Origin: Octopus vulgaris
Lineage: Eukaryota
NCBI GenBank assembly: GCA_951406725.2
Contig: OX597822.1
Coordinates: forward strand, 19,034,001 to 19,098,000
Reading direction: 5' to 3'
Length of the DNA: 64,000 nucleotides
A program made the position numbers and the translations under genes. Below the pieces are notes generated by a model. That model saw nothing but the letters and a program-made list of their open reading frames with translations, did not search any database and had not been told where the DNA came from. Shown piece by piece: positions 14,201-26,678 of this stretch (position 1 is the stretch's first letter; the number at the start of each line of letters is the position of its first letter).

Positions 14201-15130
14201 TATTTCATTTGTTACATAGTTGCCAATTTGGATTTGTTTTTTATTTTGGTTTGTATTTGAGAGTTTATGAAGTGGTTCTCTATCATTCATACTTGTATGT
14301 CTTACAACTTCAAGCGTATTCAGGATTTTCTGCCTCATTTCTGCCATAGACTCTCTGTGTTCTTCAGCAAATGCGAGATCTTCAGTTACTGTTGTTTTTT
14401 CGTTTTCCTGGCTATCTTTAACAGGTACAATAGAATTTCTTGTATCTTCAGGCCTTTGCGTACTTTGGTCAGATGGCAGTCTTTCAATTAAGCCTCGTGG
14501 CGGGCTATACTGTTCATCTGATTCTTCATTTCCTTTGTGTCTTATATTTATGTCATTTTCCGTTGCGTGCTTGATCGCGCTTATTTCACTGTCTGTGAGT
14601 CTGTTATTTCTAAGGATATCCCTCCTCACATTTGCTAATTTGTTCTCGTCCAAATAGGGCCTACTGTCTTGATTCCGTGTTCTCCATATACTGTAAGAGT
14701 TTGCGGTGTGTCTCTCTTGAGATGGCCTACCTAATGCATAGTAATAAGCGTATATTACTTCTTTATACTCTTCTCGGGTCCATTTGTTCCGCTTACATTT
14801 TTCTTTCTGTGGTGGTTGTGGTGGTGAACTTGGAGGGCTCGAGTTGGGGGATTTCCCGTTCAAGTGACCATCCATGTCCGTATTCGGAGAAGAGTTTGTG
14901 CCAGTTGATGACTTTTCGATCCCAGGCTGGCTCTTCCCTGGGGGACGCGCTTCCAGATTAACCATAGGACAAGCGATTTGGTATACTGATTTAGTTTTCC
15001 TTTTAGTTTCCAAAAACATTTTGGTGCTACGATAATGTTATCATTTTTTAGCTTTGATTGGCTCATGGGGAGACGGCCATCATTGCCGTTACAATTATAA
15101 TCGTACCATTATAGCAGCCGTAGTCGGCTT
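11210..15130 (-). mobile_element. Near full-length R4/Dong-clade non-LTR retrotransposon (single ORF: RT, CCHC finger, restriction-like endonuclease), broken by a few frameshifts and stops
   Basis: ORFs 13739-15019 (N-terminal KWTREEYKEVIYAYY), 13047-13799 (KSPGKD, NYRPITCL, QKGC, WIDYKKAFDSIPH), 11846-12934 (YMDDLKLY, CRFC..ETVDHLISGC, RHD) and 11387-11686 (PDIV..LIDMSIP..K..KY). 3' UTR and A-tail run into (TAA)n at 11180-11220. Confidence 0.93.
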
Positions 15131-15590
15131 ATTATTGTTATTATCATCACCATTACCATCACTATCATCATTATCACCACCATTACCATCATCATTATCA
15201 TCATCACCATCACCATCACCACCATCATCATCAATGATATTGTTTTATGTGTAGTCACAGCAGTATCTTATTATTGTTATTTTTGTTTTTTATCATTATC
15301 ACCATCACAGTAGTGTCTGTCTGTCTCGTTGGCTGGCTGGCTGACTGTCTTCAACACCAGAGTTCTTGCCTGTCAAATAATACTTTCTTTGTGTTTGTTG
15401 AACTCTTTGAGTGTGTGTGTGTGTAGATAGATAGATAGATTATCAGCACTATTACTATCATTATTATCATCATCACCATCATCACCATCACCATCAGTGA
15501 TATTTTTTTTTTTTTTTTTTTTTTAGGTGGGGTCCTATCAGTCAAAAAATGTTCAGATGTTTACTACTATTAGGCTTAAGAAAAATTAAG

Positions 15591-16500
15591 GAAGGGCTGT
15601 TCTGTATTGTTTGTGAATAGAGAAGTTGTGTTCACCAGAGAGAATCTTAGCATCATCATTTTTTTTTGTTTTTTTCCATGTGCGTTTGTGTTATTGCAAT
15701 AAAAAGTGTTTGTATATTTCCTGTAAGGTAATATTGTGGAGGTTGAAGTTGACCCCTCTAGAGATGTTTGTATGTCCAGTTAGAAGAACAGGTGTGTTTT
15801 TACAATAAAAAGTATATGTTTACATTTATATTTGAATATTCAGGGAGGAAGCAAAGAAAAGTCAGATTTTCATAGAAAGTTTTAGGGTTTTGTAAGTCCA
15901 CAAAAAGAGAAGCGTGATGTTTTTAGAGAGAAGAAAAAAAAAAAAAGGATGTTTACAGAGGCAATTGTGGGTATCAAAGTTTTTAAAGCTGGTCGAATGT
16001 ATGATTGAAAACTGTAGACATGTAAATTTGTAAATTTTCTTAACTTATTTTGAAGGGCTGTTCTGTATTATTTGTGAATAGAGAAGCTGTGTTCGACCAG
16101 AGAGAATCTTAGCATCATTATTTTTTCCATGTGCGTTTGTGTTATTGCAATAAAAAGTGTTTGTATATTTCATGCAAGGTAATATTGTGGAGGTTGAAGT
16201 TGACCCCTCTAGAGATGTTTGTATGTCCAGTTAGAAGAACAGGTGTGTTTTTGCAATAAAAAGTATATGTTTACATTTATATTTGAATATTCTGGGAGGA
16301 AGCAAAGAAAAGTCAGATTTTCATAGAAAGTTTTAGGGTTTTGCAAGTCCACAAAAAGAAAAGCGTGATGTTTTTAGAGAGAAGGAAAAAAAAAAAGGGT
16401 GCTTACAGAGGCAGTTGGGGGTATTAAAGTTTTTAAAGCCGATCGGATGTATGTTTGAAAGCTGCAGATATGTAAATTTGTAAATTTCTTAACCCACTTT
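15591..16500. repeat. Tandem duplication with a period of about 461 bp
   Basis: 15591-16051 and 16052-16500 both start gaagggctgttctgtatt and are highly similar throughout. Confidence 0.95.
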
Positions 16501-16661
16501 GAAGAGAATTTCAAATACTCACGAGGTATTGTAGATGTTCCAGTCTTTGAGAGTTATTTTTCCCCGTTGCTAAACTGGCCCATATTAGTGTTTCTATGGC
16601 TTTCGGCCACCGAACTGTCAGAGCAGTGAGGAACACGTCCAGCCGCTGTCAAGGCTGGTGC

Positions 16662-16671
16662 TCTTCTTCTT

Positions 16672-16748
<77 letters not shown>

Positions 16749-16749
16749 C
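16662..16749. repeat. Compound (CTT)n(TTA)n microsatellite
   Basis: Seen directly; lies at the 3' junction of the Dong-like element. Confidence 0.98.
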
Positions 16750-18802
16750 ATTCAGTAGTATATTTTTTATATCGTGCTTTCACTTCACTACCGAGCACAG
16801 CTCTGTGTGCCTTGGGTATGTGCTGTGATTTGTTGTGATGCTCTGATGGTTATTGTATGGAAAGTGTTCTGTGTAGGATGTGTGCAGTGCCTAGTAGTAC
16901 AATTTTCTGTATGTTATATGTGTTTGTAAGTCCTGGTGTTTTTGTTATGTAGTTGTCTGAATATTTTTTTATCGTGCCTAATGCACCTATTATGATAGGA
17001 ATTGTTTCTGTTTTTAGATTCCACATTCTGGTTACCTCTATTTCCAGGTATTTTGAAAGTTTCTCCATTTCTTTTAGAGACACATTGTCATCCTCTAGTA
17101 TTGATACATCAATTAGAAAACATTTTTTTTCTTCATGATCTCTAACAACTATATCTAGTCTGTTGACCTTAATTTCTCTATCTGTGTGTATTGGCATATC
17201 CCAGAGTATGGTTGCTTTCTCGTTTTCTGTGACCTTTTCTAGGGTGTGCCTATACCATCTTTTTTCTATTGTTATTCCATAATGTTGGCATAGTTTCCAG
17301 TGTATATAGGTCCCAACTCTGTCGTGTCTGTGAATATATTCCTTCTTGGTCAGGACTGGGCAGCCAGAGATAATATGATTTATTGTTTCTTGTCCATCTC
17401 CACATATTCTGCAGTTACTTGTTATATTTCATTTCATTACATGTTTTTGGTAATTTCTGGTGGGGAGGCTTTGGTCTTGTGCTGCAATTAAAAATCCTTC
17501 TGTCTCTGCTTTGAGTCCTGAGCTTCTCAACCATTGTTGGGATTTTTCTTTGTCTATTTTTTTTGCATTTAGTTTAGTCCAGTATTTGCCATGAAGGGGC
17601 TTTTCTTGCCATCGTTTTATCATGGTTTGTTGCTGTTCTATTTTTAATTTGGATTTCATTTGTTTTATAGCTTTTGTTGTTTCTTCATCTTCTTCTTCTT
17701 CTTCATATTTGTTAGATGGTATGATTTCTTGTTTGTATTTGTCAGCTTCCTTAAATACTGAGAACAGTTTTTTGCTTTGCTCGTGTTTTGCCACTATTTG
17801 TATCAGTTTTCCTTCCTTCTGAAGTAGATATTTTTGCAGTCCTATAGTGGTTATTTTATAGTAGTTTTCCAGCTGTATAAGGCCTCTACCACCATCTATA
17901 CGTTGTATATATAGCCTTTCTATGTCAGATTTTGGGTGATGCATCCTAGATCCTGTCATTATTTTTCTTGTTTTCCTATCTATTTTGGTCAGTTCATTTA
18001 GCATCCAGTTAAGAATATTGTAGCTGTAACTTATAACTGGGATGGCTAAAGTGTTGATACCTATTATCTTGTTTTTAGCATTGAGCTCTGTTTTCAGTAT
18101 TGATCTAACTCGTCTATAATATTCTTTCTTTATTTTCTCTTTCATTTGTGTGTGTTGTGTCTTATCTAGTTCATGGATTCCTAAGTATTTGTAAGTTTGG
18201 CTTTGGTCTAATTCTTTTATTTCATTGGTTTTATCTTGTGTAATGTTGCTACTCTTAATTAGTTTCCCCCTTTTCAGGGTTACTTTGATGCATTTCTCTT
18301 ATCCAAATTTCATATCTATTTCTTTGGTAAATCCATGAACTGTCTTTAGTAGTGTTTCCAGCTGTTTGTCATTTGTAGCGTATAGTTTTAGGTCATCCAT
18401 ATATAAAAGGTGGCTGATCTTTTTGCCGTAACATTTATATCCACATCCAGTTCTGCTTAGCATATCCGATAGAGGTGACAGTGCCAAGCAGAAAAGGAGT
18501 GGAGAGAGCGTATCTCCCTGGAATATTCCTCTTCTAATGGAGATGGCTTTGGTTTTCACAAGTCCCTCTTTTGTTTGGAGCTGCAGCACTGTTTGCCATT
18601 TATTCATAGAGTGTCCTATGTATTTTATAATTGTTGGTGCAACTTTGTTCATGGCTAGTGTTTCGAGGATCTATATGTGGGAGATGCTATCAAACACCTT
18701 TTTGTAGTCGATCCAGGCCATACTGAGACCTTTCTTCTTTCTGTGGCTGTCTTCAGTTATGGCTGTATTGATCATTAGTTGATCTTTACAGCCATATGAG
18801 CC

Positions 18803-18804
<2 letters not shown>
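16750..18804 (-). mobile_element. 5'-truncated R4/Dong-clade element (second family) inserted in (TAA)n
   Basis: KGSYGCKDQLMIN..WIDYKKVFDS, RGIFQGDTLSPLLF, LYMDDLKLY, PLHGKY, AETEGFLIAAQDQSL, and RLDIVVRD..LIDVSI endonuclease. (TTA)n lies on both flanks. Confidence 0.92.
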
Positions 18805-18835
<31 letters not shown>

Positions 18836-18859
18836 TCCATTTTGTTTCTCAGAGCTCTT

Positions 18860-21115
18860 GATTTCACTTGCTCCACCTAATTCAAGAGCGGACAACAAGT
18901 TGTTGCCAAGAACCTCACAGGGTCTCTTTCCATGCTATTTAACAGTTCCAATCTCAAAGTCCTCAGGGTCCCCAGTAGAGCAGTTTTCTGAGCATGTTCT
19001 ATCCTCATATCAATCCCAGTTTCTCCAACAAATTTCTCAAATCTGCTTGTTAATACTCCTCCCAGTGCCCCTACAACTCCTGGGATGGCAGTTACCTTCT
19101 TCACTGTCCACATTCAAGCAATCTCATCTTTTGATGGCTTGTACTTTTCAATATTTTCTTTGTCATCCACTCATACTTCCTCAGGAATGGCAATATCTCT
19201 AATCTTGGTTTCTTTCATCATTTTGTCAACTACAATAATGTTTGGTCTCTGAGCATCAATCACTGAATCACATTGGATTGTAAAATCCTACAAAATCTTA
19301 TACTCATTGTTCTCAGTGATTCCTTCTTGTTTATTCTCATATTATTTCAATGTCCCTTCAAGGCTGTACTTCTCACACAATGTTCAATGGACATGCTTAG
19401 CTACATTATCATGCCTCATTTTGTGTTCTTTTTGAGCCAGTTAGCTACACTCACAATATGTGAGATTGTTTCGTTTCTACTGCCACACATTCTACAAAGG
19501 GGCAATTCACTATTCTTATCTGTTTGGAACTTGGTGTAATTAGTTCACAGAGCTTGTTCCTCAGTGCATCCTTTCGTTCACTTTTCATTAGCCACCTTCA
19601 GGTGTTTGTTCTTGTCTTTCCCTTCCATTTCTCTGAGGTATTTGCCCATGCGTTGCTTTCATTTTCCAGTTGTTCAATCATTGTCCTCCATCTTGTTTCT
19701 TATTTGTTTTTTGAGTGTGTCACATATTCATTCTCTATCATGTTGCTATTTCTAACAGCAACAACCAAAGGTTCAACCTGAAATTTGACATACCATCCCA
19801 GACTGTTTTCCTAATTGGCACCACAGGTCTTGCTTTCTCCATTGTTTTGAGGCACATACAGTCTATCGACATCACTTCCAGGGTGCAGTGCTTTGTTCAT
19901 TGTCATCACTTTCCTAGTTTTTCTATCTATACTTTCAAGCTCATTCTTTATCCATCAATCAACATCTGTGCCATATCACATTAAGGAGACATCCTATGTA
20001 TTCATTGCCCTGATCTTGTTCTTTCCACTGAGTCTACTCATAATTATTTTGGTTCTCCTGAAGTATTATCGCCTAAAGCTTAACTTTATCTCTCTCTCTT
20101 TAATTTTGTCACTCCAAAATACACAGATACTTATATCCAGTCACCTCTACATCCTTAAATCTCTTTACATTGGGTAGTTCTACATCATCAGATGACCAAA
20201 CTTTGCTCTTTTTTTATAAGTGTACCACACTATTTAATTCCAAATTCTATTCCAGTATCCTTACTGAATATCTGCGCTGTTCAAACCAGACCATTTATTT
20301 CATGCTCACTCTTACTGATGATCTTTAAGTCATCCATATATAATGATTCAACTTTCCTTCACTATTCAGGGTGTACCCTCACATCACTTTCCATAATATC
20401 TGCATGAGGGGTATCACACAAATCACAAACAGTGACAGTGACAGACTATCTCCCTGAAATATGCCTCTCCTAATGTTAACCTTCAACAGAAATTCTCTGT
20501 ATGATGTTAACTCTGTACTCCAGTTCTTCAGTGATTTGATAAAATTCAAAATGTTGTCAGACACCTGTACCAAAACTAAAATCCAAGAATGGGGGATCAT
20601 GTCATAAACTTTATTATAATCAATCCATGTCCATACCCAGATTAGTAGGGTTTTTTTTTTTTCTTCTTATAGCCAGTCAGCATCCTTCTGTCTATCAGAA
20701 GTTGATCTTTTCTCCGTCCCTTTTGTTCTAATGGCAACTTGTCATTAATTACACAATTAGATATTATTCCTGTCATCCACTTTCACATCAAGGGTAGGCA
20801 GGAGATTGGGCAGTAATTTATCCACTGTGTTATTGTTACTGGGGTCCTTTTGGAAAAGAACCAGTTTCCCCATGGTCAGCCACTTCATGATTTCCACCTC
20901 GTTGTTGATCATTTCATCCATTTGCACAGCTGTTCTTTTATGCAATGCTGGGAAATTTCTCAGCCAGTTCCTCTGTTTACAATTTGCAACCTTTGTCGTC
21001 TACTTGGTCACCATTTAAGTTGTTATCTTTATATTGTTCTGTTTCACTTCATTTTTCTCCAGTCTTAGCTCCTTCAACCATTCAGCATCTTTCTTATCAT
21101 TCTTTTCATTATTAT
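18860..21115 (-). mobile_element. Older, degenerate R4/Dong-clade element (third family)
   Basis: Fragments RRGIFQGDSLSL, YMDDLK, RPNIIV and VGALG..AQKTALLGT with many disablements; tta repeats at both ends. Confidence 0.85.
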
Positions 21116-21124
21116 TATTTTCAT

Positions 21125-21940
21125 TAACATCTTTCAATTCTGTTTCCATTTTTGCTAAGTGTCTTCCTGATACCTAGAGCATAGAAACAAACTGTATACA
21201 TTGGTAGGGCATTAAAATAAACATACTAGATTCTTAATTTATAAAGTTATGTGATAGAGAAAAAGGGGAATAAAGACAGAGAGAAAGGAAAAATGGTAAA
21301 CAAAGAAAATATAGGAGAAAAATAGAAAGAAAATTCACAGCAACAATGTTCTTCTCAGTACATATGATATACCAGTTAAAACAATCTTTTGCACTTCCTG
21401 CATAGATGGTAAGCCAGGGATCATTCTTATATAATTTTCAGTTTCTTTTTTGATCATTCCAAGAGCTCCTGGTATTGCAACTGTCTTGAGATGTCACATC
21501 TTTTTGATTTCAATTAACCAATCTTTATATTCTCTGAACTTATCAAATTCTTTTGTCGATATATTATGGTCACAGGGTATGCTCATGTCAATCAAAACAC
21601 AGACTTTATTGCTTTTGTCTTTCACAACAATATCTGGTTTATTTGCCTTGACAGTTCAATCTGTACATACTGGAAAGTCCCAAAGAATTGTTATATTTTT
21701 CTCCCTCAGAGTGGTGCTAGTACCATTTTTCAGCAGTTTTGATTTTATAATGCCGACACATTGCTTAATGTAGATATTAGCCAACTCTGTCATGTCTTAC
21801 ATCCAGAGATTAGGGGTCGACTGTTTCTATCCCATCATTGCAATATCAGCACTTTGGGTCTACACCATTTTGCATCACATTGGCTTGATAGTTCCAGGTC
21901 AATAAGCTCTGATCTTGGGCAACCAAGATAAAGCCTTCAC
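21125..21940 (-). mobile_element. 3' fragment related to the 11.2-15.1 kb Dong family
   Basis: Nucleotide similarity to 11215-12035 (acaatcttttgcacttc..gatggtaagccagggatcattc; ccaactctgtcatgtctt). Confidence 0.88.
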
Positions 21941-22654
21941 AGTAGTGTTGTGTGGAATTAGGTCAGATAGCGATATCAAAGAGGATGTTGTTTGTTGCTG
22001 GCTAATGGGTCGTTGAAGTGACCCCTGACCTGCTGGCATTGGGTCAGTTGGTGCACTACATCCGTTGTATGGCTTCTAGTGTTGCCATGTGCATGTGTAA
22101 AGTATGAAATGATCTGGTGATTTATTTTGTTTTTGATCTGTTTTACAGATCTGTAAAAGGATTGTAACGCTAATTTTTCTGCGAGATTTTACCATAGACA
22201 TTAGCTTTTACACAATCGTTATGGTGATTGTACCAAGAGTTTATCAGTGCACTGATTTCGTTTTCTACCCAGTGGCACTTTGGAATATTATTGGCCATAT
22301 TCAGTGGGACAGTATTATACACTATACGTCAGTTATTGATGACTTGATGTATAATCGTGAATGCACCGTTAAAAAGTTTGTGCCAATATATTCAGAAATG
22401 CATGGCTATATCTGGGTGTGTGTGAGAGAATTCAGTGTATTTAGTAGAAATCAGAATGAGTGGTGTGTTTAATACAAATCAAGAGAAAATACTTGTACTC
22501 ACTGGTCTAGGTTTAGAACTAATCTTTGGTTTAGCTTTGGTTTATATTTGTTTCCCCAGATTGTATATAAATTCAGTTTTATATTTAAGAGATGAGGAAT
22601 TATGTACATTATTTACAATTGACTGGTATTTGTCCTCATCTTGTTTGTTGTTAA

Positions 22655-22695
22655 CACGGATTGGCTGATATACCCTCCAGCCTTCATCAGGTGTC
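22655..22695 (-). ncRNA. Degenerate minimal type-I hammerhead ribozyme (left arm)
   Basis: Minus strand gacac-CTGATGA-aggctg-gagggtatat-cagcc-aatcc-gtgtt: CUGAUGA box, stem II and stem I (gacac/gtgtt) are intact, but the GAAAC box is damaged. Confidence 0.65.
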
Positions 22696-22749
22696 TTGGG
22701 GAAATTTTGAACCTGGGTTCTCGTTCTTAAGGTATTTTTGATGTTGTTG

Positions 22750-22784
<35 letters not shown>

Positions 22785-22956
22785 ATCACTGACTGAAATC
22801 AAACTCGGAATCTTGGGGTTAGTAGCCTCCGCTCTTAGCCCCAAGATTCTGAGTTCGATTCCAGGCAGTGACCTGAATAATAATAATAATAATAATAACA
22901 ACAACAACATCGAAAATTATCTTAGGAATGAGAACCCAGGTTCGAAATTTCCCCCA

Positions 22957-23003
22957 GACACCTGATCAAGGCTAGAAGGTATATCAGCTGAAACATTGTG
23001 GTA
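22957..23003 (+). ncRNA. Degenerate minimal type-I hammerhead ribozyme (right arm)
   Basis: gacac-CTGATcA-aggct-agaaggtatatc-agct-GAAAC-att-gtggt: GAAAC is intact, G8 is mutated. Confidence 0.65.
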
Positions 23004-23251
23004 ACAACAAACAAGATGAGAACAAATATCCGTCAATTGTAAATAATGTAAACAACATGTATATAAAAACGTGTATGTAAATTTGTGTAAATTTACCTTC
23101 CGATGATAGTAAAATAGTGGAATAGTAGAATTCAAGGGTTCTGGGACTAAAAACAAGGAAACTTACTGGTGATTTGAGTTGAAATCTGTTTCTTTAGCTA
23201 CTGACTGGGTGGAGCTATGAGAAGTAAGATCAGCTGATATATATATATATA

Positions 23252-23636
23252 GGCGTAGGAGTGGCTGTTTGGTAAGTAGCTTGCTTACGAACCACATGGT
23301 TCCGGGTTCAGTCCCACTGCGTGGCACCTTGGGCAAGAGTCTTCTATAGCCTCGAGCCAGTCAAAGCCTTGTGAGTGGATTTGGTAGACGGAAACTGAAA
23401 GAAGCCCATCGTATATATGTATGCATGCGTGTATATGTTTGTGTGTCTGTATTTGTCCCCCCAACATCACTTGACAACCGATGCTGGTGTGTTTACGTCC
23501 CTGTAACTTAGTGGTCCAACGAGACCGATAAAATAAGTACTAGGCTTACAAAGAATAAGTCCTGGGGTCAATTTGCTTGATGAAAGGTGGTGCTCCAGAA
23601 TGGCCACAGTCAAATGACTGAAACAAGTAAAAGAGA

Positions 23637-23638
<2 letters not shown>
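23252..23638 (+). mobile_element. Full-length tRNA-derived SINE, family 1 (octopus OR-type), inserted in (TA)n
   Basis: A-box-like gtggctgtttggtaag, B-box gggttcagtccc, caccttgggcaag central domain, internal TA/TG tract, and tail ggtgctccagaatggccacagtcaaatgactgaaacaagtaaaagag. Confidence 0.9.
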
Positions 23639-23679
<41 letters not shown>

Positions 23680-24019
23680 TACATACATATATAATTGTAT
23701 GTACATATATATATATGTACATACATACATACATAATTTAAAGAGAGCTAGAGATTGTGAATCCAACCAACTATCTATCCAATATACTCAATTATTAATA
23801 TACATAGACTAGCTCATCTTTCATAACACCAAACAATTAAATTACACCTTACAATTATACTGAGTAATAACAATATTTAGTACTATCCATTAGATTTGAT
23901 CATGAATTTGCTAACATGGAAAACGGACGCTAAACGATGATGATGATGATGATATACGTTTAAATATTTGTTGTGCAAGATTTATTGGCTAAACTAGCAA
24001 TATGACCATTCCGAAATAT

Positions 24020-24058
<39 letters not shown>

Positions 24059-24942
24059 CATATACATATGTATATGTATGTATGTATATTTGTGTATGTG
24101 TATGTGCATATATATGTATATGGATGCAAGCATTTATATGCAACCCCAATACAGAACCAATTAATTGATTAATAGATTGATTAATTGATTGGCTAATTGG
24201 TTGATTTGTTAACTATTTGATTGTTTAATCATTTTATTATCTAATTTTTAGATATAAATCCCAGAGTTACTCCCTTTCAATTATGCACAATCTTACTGAT
24301 AAAACATCTGTGCATATTTACATATCAACATAAACATTCTACTTCTAGCTAAACCACACCCCCACTCATATAAAACACTAAACTTAAATAATTGAATAAA
24401 TAGATGGATAAATGTATTAATTGACTGAATGATGGATTGGTTGATTAATCAAATAATTCAACACTATTGCATAGCACCATGCATTTAATGTCTTGTATCT
24501 AATATAATATATATTTTAAACATAGTTTTAGCAATGGATAATGACAACTTAGAAAAACAATTTATCCGGTCCATTCAGTTTGTTGTCCCTTGTTAGGAAT
24601 GTTTCCTTATATCTTCCGACATATATTTTCCCCCTGTATTGCCCCTATATTTTGGTTAAAAATATACAGTTGATTCCCCGAATTAGACAGATACATATGT
24701 TACATTTATTGTATGCAGTTTTATACCTTTATATTAACTTATTTTTCATATGCAGTCTACTAAGATCACATCCCCTTAGTCATATCACTCTAACCTATGG
24801 TACTCACTAACTTATCCATTTATCCACAATTTACTTATCTTAATTTAATTTAATCTAATCTAATCATATCTAGTTTCAATATTAATTTTTACTCTTCTAC
24901 CTGCCCATAGTTGACTTTGGCTTGTGTGTTTTTATGCATTTA

Positions 24943-26678
24943 TAGAGGCGGCGACGATAGATTACATCGATGTAAAGGAAGACGATGTAATCAAGGCTAT
25001 AGATGAAATGAAAACAGACTCAGCTACTGGCCCCGATGGATTCCCGGCAATCCTCCTAAAAGCATGTAAGAGAGTCCTAGCAAGACCACTGCAGTTCCTC
25101 TTTCAGAGCTTCCTTGCAGCTGGCAAACTCCCAAGAAAACTGAAGGAAGGTAAAATATGCCCCATTCATAAAGGAGGTAGCAGAGCGGAAGCCAAGAACT
25201 ATAGACCTATCTCTCTGACCTCACACATCAGCAAGATCATGGAACGAATAGTCAGAAGGAAGCTGATCACCTTCCTTGAAGAGAATGACTTGCTGCCCGA
25301 CACCCAACATGGTTTCCGACCAGGGAGAAGCTGTTTAACTCAGCTCCTACAACACTATGACTGGGTGCTGAAACGGCTGCTCAACCACTCAAATGTGGAA
25401 GTGATATATCTCGACTTTGCAAAGGCCTTTGATAAAGTCGATCATGGAATGATATGTCACAAACTGCGTGATCTCAACATAGTTGGAAAACTGGGAGAAT
25501 GGCTTCATGACTTTCTGAAAGATAGAAGTCAGGTGGTAGTGGCCAATGGGGCCACTTCCATTAACACGCAAATAGTGAGCGGTGTTCCGCAGGGCACTGT
25601 TCTGGGACCACTACTGTTCATAATGGCCCTCTCAGACATGCCCTCAGCCACGCAGAGAGCCACGATCACAAGTTATGCAGATGATACAAAAGTTTCACAG
25701 GCAATACAGAACCCTGAGGACACTAAACACCTGCAATGTGAGCTAGACAAAATATACAAGTGGGCCGAAAAGAATAGCATGCAGTTCAATGCTGAAAAGT
25801 TTCAAGCTCTATACTATCAGCATGCAAAACTAAATGCAATACCCAATGAATACACTGGACCCGGAGGAATAGCAATCCCAGAGGCACAATCAGTGCGTGA
25901 CCTAGGTATTTACATGAGTGATGACGCGACCTTTCGTGTACATGTTGCTAAATTGGCAATGAAATGTAGACGACTGGCCGGATGGATCCTCAGAACCTTT
26001 AGAACAAGAGAACAAGAAACCATGATGGTCCTCTGGAGGACACTTGTCCTAAGCCACTTTGACTACTGCTCTCAGTTATGGTCACCATCCAGTGTCAAGT
26101 TGATCACAGAGCTCGAGGCGATCCAACGTAGCTACACGAAGAAGATAGCCTCTATGCAGAATGTAAGCTACTGGGAAAGACTCGAGATTAAAACTATATT
26201 CCCTGGAGCGTAGGCGGGAAAGATATGCCATAATATACATCTGGAAAATCCTGGAGGGACGTGACCTGAACTTTGGCATCGAGAGTTACGCAAATGCCAG
26301 AACTGGGTGCCACTGCGTGGTGCCTAGGACTCCAAACTTGCCATCAAGATGTAGGACAAGATTCTGTGATAGCCTGGGCTTCCGAGGCCCACAGCTCTTC
26401 AATATCCTCCCGAAGAACCTGAGAGACCTGCATGGGGTGGATGCAGATGTCTTTAAAATGAAGCTGGATTTCTTCCTGTCAGGTGTCCCAGATGAACCAA
26501 CGTCACGGCAGGAGGGGCAGATGAGGGCAGCTGCATCAAACTCTCTCATGCACCAAATGGCAGTTGCTAGAAAGCTTTCGTGAAGTGAAACCAAGTAGCA
26601 ACACCAAATGGCGGTGCCCCAGCATGGCCACAGCTCATAAGCTGAAACTAGAATCAATCAATCAATCAATCAATCAAT
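24943..26678 (+). mobile_element. Young 5'-truncated CR1-group LINE (RT and C-terminal domain, 3' UTR, (AATC)n tail)
   Basis: 429-aa ORF with GPDG, NYRPISLTS, QHGFRPGRSC, YLDFAKAFDKVDH, SGVPQGTVLGP and YADDTK. One frameshift near 26190; coding continues to 26583 (..KLDFFLSGVPDEP..). Tail aatc x7. Confidence 0.93.

Larger units (their letters stand above)
22574..23050. mobile_element. Head-to-head inverted pair of a short element made of a tRNA-like head, (AAT)n and a hammerhead motif
   Basis: About 22605-22820 is the reverse complement of about 22838-23050. The centre carries the B-box gagttcgattcc (22851-22862), and each arm carries a hammerhead-like core. Confidence 0.85.

Noticed and set aside
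14900-15130. HDV-like ribozyme at the 5' end of the Dong element
   Set aside because: I could not build the nested double pseudoknot by eye; needs a covariance model search.
21940-22470. Unique-looking segment with short ORFs
   Set aside because: No recognisable motif or splice pattern; possibly an old retroelement fragment, but unsupported.
23252-23330. Possible tRNA genes (also 22790-22870, 32929, 38968, 54256)
   Set aside because: A/B-box-like heads continue into SINE bodies and lack a complete cloverleaf acceptor stem.
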